From IMG/VR virus record IMGVR_UViG_3300007735_000802: a DNA stretch of 64,000 nucleotides; one strand, written 5' to 3'. A program made the translations under genes and the position numbers. This DNA is from a virus. The notes below the pieces were generated by a model. That model was not told where the DNA came from and did not search any database. It was given only the letters and a program-made list of their open reading frames with translations. Below are positions 1 to 8,730 of the stretch, piece after piece (the stretch's first letter is position 1; each line of letters starts with the position of its first letter).

Positions 1-353
1 AAGTAAAAATTTTTCGAAGGTGAGGCCTCCTTTGGATCTAGATCTACCCCCAAAAATATTCCATTAGATGGAATATTTTTAACAATAGTTGTTGTTGAAG
101 AAGAATCACCGTTTCTACAAACACCTATTTCTAAAAAATATCTAGGACTAGGCACACAAGCATTAATTGCTTCTTGCAATGCACTATGGTTTGATAAACT
201 AAATTCATCATTTGCTACTGGTCTTCTAAGCATTTCTTCGAATGGAGAACCATATCCCAAAGGATCACATATATCATCCTTTTCAGAATTGGTTCTTATA
301 TCTTTAACTAAGTCTTGTTTCCACTTTGTTGGTAAGTCTTGCCTCTGTAACAT
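1..353 (-). CDS. Putative class I SAM-dependent methyltransferase, runs off the window edge (not in ORF track)
   Basis: Manual translation from ATG 353 (GAGGA SD upstream): MLQRQDLPTKWKQDLVKD...PRYFLEIGVCRNGDSS...GIFLGVDLDP. The FLEIG and GVDLD segments resemble SAM-binding motifs I and II. Open to position 1. Confidence 0.6.
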   Translation of the reverse strand, partial: MLQRQDLPTKWKQDLVKDIRTNSEKDDICDPLGYGSPFEEMLRRPVANDEFSLSNHSALQEAINACVPSPRYFLEIGVCRNGDSSSTTTIVKNIPSNGIFLGVDLDPKEASPSKNFY

Positions 354-993
354 TTCCATCTTCCTCATATGAAATATCATAACCTAGAGTTATCAATCTT
401 TTTGTAATTTCAACTACGGCATCATGATCGCTGTGAGCATTAGATTCAAAGGATATAAATTCTGGCAACATTTCTGGTGAATCTGAATAATATTTCAACA
501 CACTATCTAAAATTTTACAATCATATCCTTCAGTATCAATTTTTAATTGTTTTACTTTTCCTATGTTATAGGTATCAATCAAATTTTTATATGTATAGCA
601 TGGTATTGTTTTTTTTGTAACAAGACCCATAGAAAGCAAATCTACCGTTTTTAAAGATTTTCTGTCTGCATGATGATGCCATGTCCAAGGACATGGAAAA
701 TATCCTGTATGAAAATCGTGTGGTTTTCCGACAGAATTACAACCCTTCATCCAAATTCCAAGATTAAATTTGTCAATAATTTCTTCTGTTACATAATAAA
801 CATCAAGACCATTACTGTCTTCATCAGCAACAACTGCTCCATTTATTTTAGTGACATTTTTTTTATTTGGAAGTTTATTTAAATATTCTAATATTGGTTC
901 AACGGACAATCCGTATTCAGTATCATCTGCTTTTTCAATTAAAGTATCAAAAAAAGCAGTTCCAATTTCAATAAAATCATAATCTTGTTTCAT
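304..993 (-). CDS. FkbM-family methyltransferase-like protein
   Basis: FIEIG, SVEP and LKIDTEGYDCKIL motifs typical of FkbM/Methyltransf_21 proteins. Confidence 0.7.
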   Translation of the reverse strand: MKQDYDFIEIGTAFFDTLIEKADDTEYGLSVEPILEYLNKLPNKKNVTKINGAVVADEDSNGLDVYYVTEEIIDKFNLGIWMKGCNSVGKPHDFHTGYFPCPWTWHHHADRKSLKTVDLLSMGLVTKKTIPCYTYKNLIDTYNIGKVKQLKIDTEGYDCKILDSVLKYYSDSPEMLPEFISFESNAHSDHDAVVEITKRLITLGYDISYEEDGNVTEARLTNKVETRLS

Positions 994-2183
994 TCGACTT
1001 TACCCCATGTTTGAATTGCTTTGTGATATTCTTCACCATATGCTTTGTCAATTGCCTGTCTCATTGCCTTAGCACCAGACAATGTCCCATTTGGATGTCC
1101 ATGCACCGCACCACCAGCATTTCCAAGATAATCATTTCCCACTAAGTTAGTGATCTTGTCAACAAGACCAGGATGCAATCCGCAACTCAATGCTGGGACT
1201 GTGTTTCCCTCTCTGAGAATTCTAATGCATTCCAAAGTTTCTGCCTCGTCGTGATTGCTATAACCACCAACCATTCCTGTTTGGATTGTGTCAACGCCCA
1301 TAAGTGTTGCCAACTGGCACATCACAGTCCAACTGATGCTAAAACGATGCTGTGCGTCTGTGACTACCTTTGCTCCGCTGCTCTGGTAGTGAATGTAGAT
1401 GGGCAGATCCAACTGACGAATGCTGTTGTATGCACCGTAACCACTCCAGACATTGATATGCACACCATTTCCCCCTAATGAGTGAACCTTGGTAACGCGA
1501 TCAACTAGAATATGAGGATCACAGTTAATTGTGTGACAGAATACAACTTTTTTGGATTGAGTCGCCATGTAATTTGAAATTAGTTCTACTCGCTTTTCTA
1601 GTGGGCAGAAATTAGGATTAGACATGATTTCATCTTCCTTGATAAAATCAACACCACCATCAACTAACTCCTTTACCATATCAAGAAGAGTGTCCGGACT
1701 AATTCCAATTTTTGGTTTAATTATAGCACCAAATAATGGTTTATTATACTGCCCAGTAAACTCACGCATTCCAGATATACCAAACTTTGGACCTTTAAAT
1801 TGAGATGTTACGCTTTGTGGCAATTCTAACTTTATTAAACGACAACTTTTTATTAAATCAATATCTACATGACCACCCATAACTTGACAAAGAAGGTGAC
1901 TTATTCCGTCAGTGTTCCAGTCTGTGTTAATTATAGGAAAAGCAATTTTTACTTCTCCATTTTTCTTTTTAAGAAGTTGTTTTTCACTCCCTAAAATTAA
2001 ACAAGAATGATTTTTAAAAAGATCTTCAGTTTCCCATCGATTTCTTACATTTGGATTTCCCACACTTTGTCCGATTGCTATATTCCAAGCAGCATCTCTT
2101 AAACTTTTATTAGATTTAATTTGATATGTAGCAATGAAATAATTGTTAAGATTCACATCGTTTTCAGTTACAAATAAGTTCAT
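990..2183 (-). CDS. RuBisCO-like protein (RLP, form IV-type, predicted non-carboxylating)
   Basis: FKGPKFGISGMR, IIKPKIG, GGVDFIKEDE (RuBisCO motif), NAGGAVHGHPNG...GAKAMRQA; several carboxylase residues are substituted. Confidence 0.9.
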   Translation of the reverse strand: MNLFVTENDVNLNNYFIATYQIKSNKSLRDAAWNIAIGQSVGNPNVRNRWETEDLFKNHSCLILGSEKQLLKKKNGEVKIAFPIINTDWNTDGISHLLCQVMGGHVDIDLIKSCRLIKLELPQSVTSQFKGPKFGISGMREFTGQYNKPLFGAIIKPKIGISPDTLLDMVKELVDGGVDFIKEDEIMSNPNFCPLEKRVELISNYMATQSKKVVFCHTINCDPHILVDRVTKVHSLGGNGVHINVWSGYGAYNSIRQLDLPIYIHYQSSGAKVVTDAQHRFSISWTVMCQLATLMGVDTIQTGMVGGYSNHDEAETLECIRILREGNTVPALSCGLHPGLVDKITNLVGNDYLGNAGGAVHGHPNGTLSGAKAMRQAIDKAYGEEYHKAIQTWGKVE

Positions 2184-2184
2184 A

Positions 2185-2514
2185 TTATTTCTCCAAAATT
2201 TCTATCTTATCTCCAGGAACAGAAGGAGTCTTTACTACAAGAACTCTACAATCTTCTAAAAAAATAGGATCTGATATTTCCATTTTGTTAAGAACAAAAA
2301 TATCTCCAGGATTAATCTCTGTGTTATGTATAGTCATTTTACCATCTAGAAGAACATTATATTCGTCCGTCTTAGCATGATAATGTTTTGGCCAGTATTC
2401 TCCTTTTTTGTGTGTCATTACTGCTACTTCAAAATTTTTTGTCTTTAAGACAGATGGTTCAAAGTCTCCAATAAACCATCCACCTTTCATCGTATTTAAT
2501 TTTATAATTTTCAT
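2185..2514 (-). CDS. Cupin-fold protein
   Basis: GWFIGDFEP, HYH...EYNVLLDGKM and PGDIF segments match the cupin metal-binding pattern. Confidence 0.75.
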   Translation of the reverse strand: MKIIKLNTMKGGWFIGDFEPSVLKTKNFEVAVMTHKKGEYWPKHYHAKTDEYNVLLDGKMTIHNTEINPGDIFVLNKMEISDPIFLEDCRVLVVKTPSVPGDKIEILEK

Positions 2515-3224
2515 AATTTTCTCAAATATTCTCTTAGATCATCAGGTGTTCCAACTGAATTATGCATTATATCTGGAATATGGAAAATGCCAACTCTTTT
2601 GTTGTGTTTAATCATATAATTATATGTTGGTCCAATATAATATTCTCCATTAATAGATTTGTCTTTTTCTTTGATCATTTCTTCTGCACTGTTGACAAAA
2701 TCGTTTCCATGTTTCCAATAATGTATACCATTCAAAGAGATATTGCTAATGATTTCTTTTTCTTTTACCTCTACGACTCTTCCATATCTGTCTAATCGGG
2801 CATAACTATTTTTTGGTGTATTTGCATAATAAGTAACAATTATTCCATCATGCACATTATTCTGAATTGATTTTATAAAAAATTCACTATCCCACCACAT
2901 TATCTGATCACAATTTGCTATAATTAATGGATCATTATTATTGATATACTTTTTCATCAATAGTGCGGTAGATGCTGGACCTTCTGTTAAATAATCTATT
3001 TCTAGTATAACAGAATTATCATTATGTTTTGCAAGCAAACTTTTTAAGTCTTCACTAAAATTACTTTTGCGAATAACGAATAGATAACGACCTTTGATTC
3101 CTAAAGAATCAATAGCATGAAGAATCATTTCTTTGTTTTCTATTTTGATAAGAGGTTTTGGATCTACAAATCCTTCGTCACTAAATCGTTTACCAAGACC
3201 AGCAAGAGGTATTAATATATTCAT
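2511..3224 (-). CDS. Sugar nucleotidyltransferase-like protein (GT2_BcE/BcbE-like)
   Basis: ILIPLAGLGKRF...PKPLI nucleotide-binding loop, TEGPA, IANCDQ, VKEK, NGEYYI, GTPDDL. Confidence 0.85.
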   Translation of the reverse strand: MNILIPLAGLGKRFSDEGFVDPKPLIKIENKEMILHAIDSLGIKGRYLFVIRKSNFSEDLKSLLAKHNDNSVILEIDYLTEGPASTALLMKKYINNNDPLIIANCDQIMWWDSEFFIKSIQNNVHDGIIVTYYANTPKNSYARLDRYGRVVEVKEKEIISNISLNGIHYWKHGNDFVNSAEEMIKEKDKSINGEYYIGPTYNYMIKHNKRVGIFHIPDIMHNSVGTPDDLREYLRKL

Positions 3225-4141
3225 AATATAACCTTATTGATTATCTGCTGAATTAAGTTATTTTCATACTCAAATTCAGGACTCCAATTGTACATAGTAT
3301 GTATAATTGGCAATCCAGTATCAAAAACAAAATTCATGTTGTGTCTTTCACGGTATTTGTTTATTGCAACTTCATCAAAATTATCAACAAATAATGAACG
3401 ATCTGTTATGATATTTTTCCAATTTGTTGTTTTTATTCCAAAAATATTATTACAAAAATAAGGATATTTACTATTATCTTTTATAATAGTTCTTTCTTTT
3501 GGAGACATTACTTCTTTAAAATTTTGAATTATATAATCATTGATTCTTTTTTGACAATCAAATCTAACTCTAACTGGATGAATACCTTTATAATAATGAT
3601 TAAAATTTTTTACTTTAGAATAAAATCTATCTGAATCCCACTCTGGCAAATCTTCGTTTAGAGATCTGTAATCAGCACCATGATCTGCTAGTTTGGTTTC
3701 ATTAAACATCAAATAAAGTTCTTTTTTTATTGAAATAGCGTGATTTTGCAAAAATAATTCAACTGTGGGAATTCCAGAGGAAATAGCACCAGTTGTAAGT
3801 AAATCATTTTCTTCTAACGATTCGATGTTGTGAAAAAACTTATCCCAAGAATCGGTAGTCATAAAACAATCTTCATCGTGTTTTACTGAATATTCGTGGT
3901 TTTGATTTAAAGCAAATACTACTTTCATTAAGTAGTTTAGCATATGACTGCGATCAAAATAATAAAATGATACTCTATCACCCAGATAAGATTCTATGGT
4001 ATTTTTACTAGAAGTATCGATACCATTAGATAAAACATAAAAATGAAAATTTTTATATCTACATTTAGATAATTCATGGGCATGTGCTAATATAAAATTT
4101 TCTCTGCGAGCACCAAGACAAAATATACCAATTTTTTTCAT
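3221..4141 (-). CDS. Putative GT-A fold glycosyltransferase
   Basis: VKHDEDCF DxD-like motif after a Rossmann-like N-terminus; lies in the glycan island; start moved to ATG 4141, after the upstream stop. Confidence 0.55.
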   Translation of the reverse strand: MKKIGIFCLGARRENFILAHAHELSKCRYKNFHFYVLSNGIDTSSKNTIESYLGDRVSFYYFDRSHMLNYLMKVVFALNQNHEYSVKHDEDCFMTTDSWDKFFHNIESLEENDLLTTGAISSGIPTVELFLQNHAISIKKELYLMFNETKLADHGADYRSLNEDLPEWDSDRFYSKVKNFNHYYKGIHPVRVRFDCQKRINDYIIQNFKEVMSPKERTIIKDNSKYPYFCNNIFGIKTTNWKNIITDRSLFVDNFDEVAINKYRERHNMNFVFDTGLPIIHTMYNWSPEFEYENNLIQQIINKVIL

Positions 4142-4146
4142 AATAA

Positions 4147-4827
4147 TTATTCCTGTATTTTCCAATTTTCGTATCCACTATCTTTGTCTGGATCAATGTC
4201 TGGGTGTGGATTCCAATCATAAACATCTTTGTCTTTTAAATATCTCACAACTGAATATGGATTAAGTTTATAATTCCATTTACCCTGACATCTAAGTCCC
4301 CATTCAACATCTTCTCCCTGACCCCAACACAAATTATTGTTCTGTGGATTTTCCAACATAAATTTTTTACTGCCACACCAATATGTGCCGTTGATATACA
4401 TTTCTCTTATTTTTGTTGGATCATTATACTTAACAAAGTGTAAAGGTCTGTGTTGTGTAAACCAATCCCTATGTCTTAATCCATTTTTCATTCTAACTGG
4501 ATTCATACAAACATCCCAATCGTATCCAAACTTGTCATATCCTATAACCCAGTTTTCGCAAAAAGCAACATAGTCATGACTCAAGCAAATATGTTCGTAT
4601 TTTGCATTTTGAACTATAAGATTTTTCTTAACGGTTACCCAACCAGGTCTTATGGTTTCTTCAAAAACTATATTTTTAATATTTTTATTTTCTAATTTCT
4701 TTATTGTTTTGATATATGGACCAATCAATATAATTTCAAATTTTTTAATATTTTTTTGATTTACTATTGATTTAATAATTTTTTCAATATAAAGATCATT
4801 AGAATAACATATTCCAAATGTCCACAT
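4147..4827 (-). CDS. Putative GT2-like glycosyltransferase
   Basis: TFGI, FEIILIG, KKNLIVQNAKYEHICLSHDY and WGQGEDVEW (GT2 ED motif). Confidence 0.7.
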   Translation of the reverse strand: MWTFGICYSNDLYIEKIIKSIVNQKNIKKFEIILIGPYIKTIKKLENKNIKNIVFEETIRPGWVTVKKNLIVQNAKYEHICLSHDYVAFCENWVIGYDKFGYDWDVCMNPVRMKNGLRHRDWFTQHRPLHFVKYNDPTKIREMYINGTYWCGSKKFMLENPQNNNLCWGQGEDVEWGLRCQGKWNYKLNPYSVVRYLKDKDVYDWNPHPDIDPDKDSGYENWKIQE

Positions 4828-4829
4828 AG

Positions 4830-5459
4830 TTAACCTTTATTTTCCCATCCACACATACCATTTTCATAATTAATTCCTGCTTTACTAATACCAACATAAA
4901 TTTTATGATTTTCTATTTCGTGAATAGATGATGTGCAATAATTGTCTAATTTACAAAAATTGTAATCATTACTGTTATTTCTATAGTAATCTATTAAATA
5001 TGCATGTTCAGTTTCTCTAATTGATGGATCAAGTTTTGCCTTTTCACACAAATTTTTCCAAGGTTGAATAAACTCCAATGATTTTTTAGTATTATTGAAA
5101 AACATAAAACATGCATGAGGAGTGCCAATATCATAATACCATTTTCCAATATCGTATTCTTTATTCCTCATAAAGAATCCAATGTCACATGTTAATTCTT
5201 TCAATTCATCTACTGGTTTTATGAAAGAACAATCTATGTCTATCCATATAACGGCATCATTTAATTCTTTTATCTTTTGTTCAATAAAAGTTGGTTTATG
5301 AAAATTTAATGTTTTATAATTTGGATTATCAATTTGAACATTGTCAATACTATATTCGTATCCAAGAGAATCTAACTGTTTTTTTAAATTTAAATAACAA
5401 TTTTCATAATATTTTGATTTTTCTGGATTACAATCATACCAAAAAGAAATAAATTTCAT
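4830..5459 (-). CDS. Putative nucleotide-diphospho-sugar transferase (GT-A)
   Basis: KPTFI...VIWIDID DxD motif; paralogous to 5456..6118. Confidence 0.65.
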   Translation of the reverse strand: MKFISFWYDCNPEKSKYYENCYLNLKKQLDSLGYEYSIDNVQIDNPNYKTLNFHKPTFIEQKIKELNDAVIWIDIDCSFIKPVDELKELTCDIGFFMRNKEYDIGKWYYDIGTPHACFMFFNNTKKSLEFIQPWKNLCEKAKLDPSIRETEHAYLIDYYRNNSNDYNFCKLDNYCTSSIHEIENHKIYVGISKAGINYENGMCGWENKG

Positions 5460-6118
5460 AAATTCCCCACTAGGTTATATTTAACTGCTTCTTCATTCAT
5501 TCCCATTTCACGCAAAGATTTTTCTTTAGAAACTCCATCCGCAATACCCATTGTTATCATTGGTTGCATTGTGTTTGGTATTGAAGTACCAGGCCATATT
5601 GCATAGTTTATTGGCAACATTCCTATTTTTAGTTTATGTACATACTCTGGTAAAACTTGAAACATGAGTATTTCATGATCAAAGACTTTACTTGTATTTG
5701 ATCTTAAATTTTCTTCACACTTTAAAATCCAATAATTTAAAAATTCAATCACTATGTCTTTGTATGTAAAATAAATCGGAGATGCTTTTGGAAGTGTGAC
5801 ATTGACATTTGGTGGTAGGCCCTGATACGCAAAAGCAATATCACAATTATTTTCTATTTCATCAAACACTTTCAATTCAGCATGAATTAATGAATCTACA
5901 TCCAACCAAACAAATGGTTTTTTCTTTTCAAGCAAAACATCTAATATAAACTTTGGTTTTGCCAAACAATTTAATCTGTACTCTCCTCTAGATGGAAGTT
6001 CTCTCACATCATGTGGAATATTATTTTCGTTGCAGTTGATACGCAACCTACGCGAATGATCGCTGTAGTAGGTTCTTCCATCAATGTCTGCATAAAATGA
6101 TACAATCTCAGTTTTCAT
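5456..6118 (-). CDS. Putative nucleotide-diphospho-sugar transferase (GT-A)
   Basis: KPKFIL...FVWLDVDS DxD motif, DHE, LPINY. Confidence 0.65.
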   Translation of the reverse strand: MKTEIVSFYADIDGRTYYSDHSRRLRINCNENNIPHDVRELPSRGEYRLNCLAKPKFILDVLLEKKKPFVWLDVDSLIHAELKVFDEIENNCDIAFAYQGLPPNVNVTLPKASPIYFTYKDIVIEFLNYWILKCEENLRSNTSKVFDHEILMFQVLPEYVHKLKIGMLPINYAIWPGTSIPNTMQPMITMGIADGVSKEKSLREMGMNEEAVKYNLVGNL

Positions 6119-6950
6119 TGATTAACTCAAACAATATATCGTCAGCATTCTTGAGTTCTTTAACACGATTAAAGTTATCTCTTACTGCTTCTAGTTTACT
6201 TTCATATAACTCTTTTGTCAACATTTTTGGATCAAAATCTGGAGTCAATTCTATAATTCCATCTTTATTGAAGATATCTCCAATATCAGGAGTTCCCCAG
6301 TATATTGGAATAGTTCCAGTTGCGAAACAGTCTGTCAACTTTTCTGTATAATATGTTTCATACTTATCATTCTCTATTGTGATTGAAAACATGTACGGAT
6401 TTAAAAGTTCTTCTTTGTTTGGCCATGGATTTCCTTGATCACCAACTCTATTTGATCCTGCTGCTCCACCAAATAAATCAATTTGATTTTTAAATTTTTC
6501 TGCAACTTGATGTCTTATATGATGTCCAAATGTAACTTTTTTCCCAGAAGCAATCATTGAAACTATCTTGGTTTTATCAAAAATCTGATGATTTTTAACC
6601 CAAGGCAAATTACTGCCAGCTGGACAATATTTGATATTAGGATGCTTTCCAACCCACTGTTTATCAGAAACAAAAACAATATCATAAGAATCTGATATAT
6701 TTTTTAAATTATCTTCCCAAACATTTATTGGAACATACCATGAATGAAAAATAGCACGGGATTCACAGATCCATGCTATTTTTCTTTCCCCTAATTTTTT
6801 CTGATACATCATCCCAGGGATTATATGTGAATCAACAAATACCTTTACTGGATGATCTTTTAAGACCCAATTAAAATTTTTTGGTTTATAATCCGAGCAC
6901 GAAGAATATTGATATAAAAATCCACCACCTATTAACTGCATTTCCTTCAT
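6108..6950 (-). CDS. GT10-family (fucosyltransferase-like) glycosyltransferase
   Basis: YMFSITIEN...YYTEKLTDCFATGTIPIYWG is the GT10 signature. Confidence 0.85.
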   Translation of the reverse strand: MKEMQLIGGGFLYQYSSCSDYKPKNFNWVLKDHPVKVFVDSHIIPGMMYQKKLGERKIAWICESRAIFHSWYVPINVWEDNLKNISDSYDIVFVSDKQWVGKHPNIKYCPAGSNLPWVKNHQIFDKTKIVSMIASGKKVTFGHHIRHQVAEKFKNQIDLFGGAAGSNRVGDQGNPWPNKEELLNPYMFSITIENDKYETYYTEKLTDCFATGTIPIYWGTPDIGDIFNKDGIIELTPDFDPKMLTKELYESKLEAVRDNFNRVKELKNADDILFELINEN

Positions 6951-6968
6951 AGTATAAAGTCTCCACCA

Positions 6969-6976
6969 TATGTATG
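6969..6976 (-). promoter_or_regulatory. Possible variant late promoter (CATACATA) directly upstream of the glycan island
   Basis: Variant of TATAAATA just before the GGAG SD; a similar GATACATA precedes gp19. Confidence 0.45.
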
Positions 6977-7375
6977 TTACTTTCCTATGTGGTATTTAGG
7001 AACCAGAGTCCATTCTTGTTTGTCTTTGAATGGAATTATCTTCAATCTTGCAAGAGATAATTGTGGTTCTTTATACTTGTTTGGATCTAACGGAGTGATC
7101 AAACCCCATTCTGTCAAAAGTTTAACTATTGTATTTCTTCGTCCAAGATCATCAGTTGACATATCAGATTCTAAACCATCAAGTACAAACATTTCTTTAA
7201 AATGCATGATGGCATATCTACCTCTCTTGTGTAGTATGTGACAAGACTGATATAACTTTTTTTCTGTTTTTGAAGAAACTCCGATTCTAGTCAGGGTTTC
7301 TTTAACTTTAAGAAAGTCTTCTTCTGAATTTAATTTTACTTCTACACCCAATCCCTCAAAAATATCTTCTGTCAT
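6977..7375 (-). CDS. regA: Translational repressor RegA
   Basis: FLKVKETLTRIGV, LYQSCHILHKRGRYAIMHFKE, WTLVPKYHIG. Confidence 0.97.
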   Translation of the reverse strand: MTEDIFEGLGVEVKLNSEEDFLKVKETLTRIGVSSKTEKKLYQSCHILHKRGRYAIMHFKEMFVLDGLESDMSTDDLGRRNTIVKLLTEWGLITPLDPNKYKEPQLSLARLKIIPFKDKQEWTLVPKYHIGK

Positions 7376-7400
7376 AATAAACTCCCATATTGACAGAAAA

Positions 7401-7408
7401 TATTTATA
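7401..7408 (-). promoter_or_regulatory. T4-type late promoter TATAAATA upstream of regA
   Basis: Exact consensus in the intergenic gap. Confidence 0.65.
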
Positions 7409-7411
7409 TTT

Positions 7412-7783
7412 TTACCTTTTTTGACCACCTTTTTGTACCAAATCGCGCAACTTATCCATGGGAAGTAAGTCAATTACCTCCTTTGCTCTTTGGTCAGAGT
7501 ACCCAAAAACCTCTTTTACTATTTCAAGATCTTTGTTTTCTTCTGGTTTTATCCATTTGGAAAACCTTTTCCTCTTGGAAATAGAATGCAAATAATAATC
7601 ATATTGCATCTTTTTATCCAAAAAAGCAACCTGATTCATTCTATTTGCATAAAAAATCGTATCTGGAAAATAAGAAAAGCACTTGTTTATTACAAAAGGA
7701 ACAAACTCTTTTTCCAATCTTGGATCTTTGGAAAGGAGGTTTTCCTTGGTTTGATTAATAGAGTTTAAAAATTCAGAGAGCAT
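7412..7783 (-). CDS. gp62: Clamp loader small subunit
   Basis: FLNSINQTK, PFVINKCFSYFPDT, QYDYY, KRKRFSKW; position between gp44 and regA. Confidence 0.93.
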   Translation of the reverse strand: MLSEFLNSINQTKENLLSKDPRLEKEFVPFVINKCFSYFPDTIFYANRMNQVAFLDKKMQYDYYLHSISKRKRFSKWIKPEENKDLEIVKEVFGYSDQRAKEVIDLLPMDKLRDLVQKGGQKR

Positions 7784-7784
7784 A

Positions 7785-8729
7785 TTATTTAAAGGCACAA
7801 GACATCATTAATTGGACCAGACATGCCACCAAGTTAATCTCTTGGTCTGCAACGAACGCAGAGCGGTACTGAGACTCTGCAATGATTAGAATCGCCTCCG
7901 GAATGCTCTGATTCTCAAGACTGTCTCCCAAGGCATCGTAGATTTTTCTGTAAATATCCTGTGGGGATGCTTCGGCGTTCAACGCTGCCCATCTACGAAC
8001 TGTGGCAAAGTCCTTGTTTCGAAGAGCGGTCATGAGATTCTTAATCTCAACTTCTGCTACATTTGACAAAATTCCAATGTCAATTGTCCCAGAAACTCCA
8101 TATCGCTGAAGTTCATTTAGAATTCTCCGCATATCCGGAAAATGCTTCATGATTAACTGTCCAAGTACCTTCTTGTCAAACTTGACCCGTTCCTGAGTTA
8201 GAATATAAGAGCATCGCTCCATCATCTTTGCAGCGATTGCTGGTTTTTCTCCAGGTGGAAGTATAAAATCAATGCAAGTGCAGCGGGAGTGAATTGGCTC
8301 AATGATACGGGATTTATAATTACAGGTAAGAATAAATCTACAATTGTTTGCAAACTCTTCAATAGCACCCCGAAGAGCGGGTTGAATGCTATTAGCATTG
8401 GAATAATCAAACTCATCTAGAATAACTACCTTTCTAACATCACCACTCAAAGATACCGTACTGGCAAATTGCCTAATCTTTGTGCGAAGAGTATCGATAT
8501 TTCCTTCTTCAGAGCAGTTAATTAATATCCAATCACACCCCATCTCGTTGCAGAGTGCTTTTGCTACAGTTGTCTTTCCAACACCAGCAGACCCCGAAAA
8601 GAGTAAATTTTGCGGTTCCCCTTTAGCAACCATGTCGCTGAAAGTTGACTTCAGCGACACGGGGAGAACACACTCTTCGATGGTCTGTGGACGATACTTT
8701 TCTACCCACAGAAAATTTTCAGGTTTCAT
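7785..8729 (-). CDS. gp44: Clamp loader AAA+ subunit
   Basis: LWVEKYRP, GSAGVGKTT (Walker A), ILDEFD (Walker B), SRC; true start is probably MKPENF at 8729. Confidence 0.97.
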   Translation of the reverse strand: MKPENFLWVEKYRPQTIEECVLPVSLKSTFSDMVAKGEPQNLLFSGSAGVGKTTVAKALCNEMGCDWILINCSEEGNIDTLRTKIRQFASTVSLSGDVRKVVILDEFDYSNANSIQPALRGAIEEFANNCRFILTCNYKSRIIEPIHSRCTCIDFILPPGEKPAIAAKMMERCSYILTQERVKFDKKVLGQLIMKHFPDMRRILNELQRYGVSGTIDIGILSNVAEVEIKNLMTALRNKDFATVRRWAALNAEASPQDIYRKIYDALGDSLENQSIPEAILIIAESQYRSAFVADQEINLVACLVQLMMSCAFK

Positions 8730-8730
8730 T

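Noticed and set aside
990-2183. True RuBisCO (rbcL) carbon-fixation AMG
   Set aside because: Residues equivalent to E60, H294, R295, H327 and K334 appear substituted, and no prk or rbcS is nearby.
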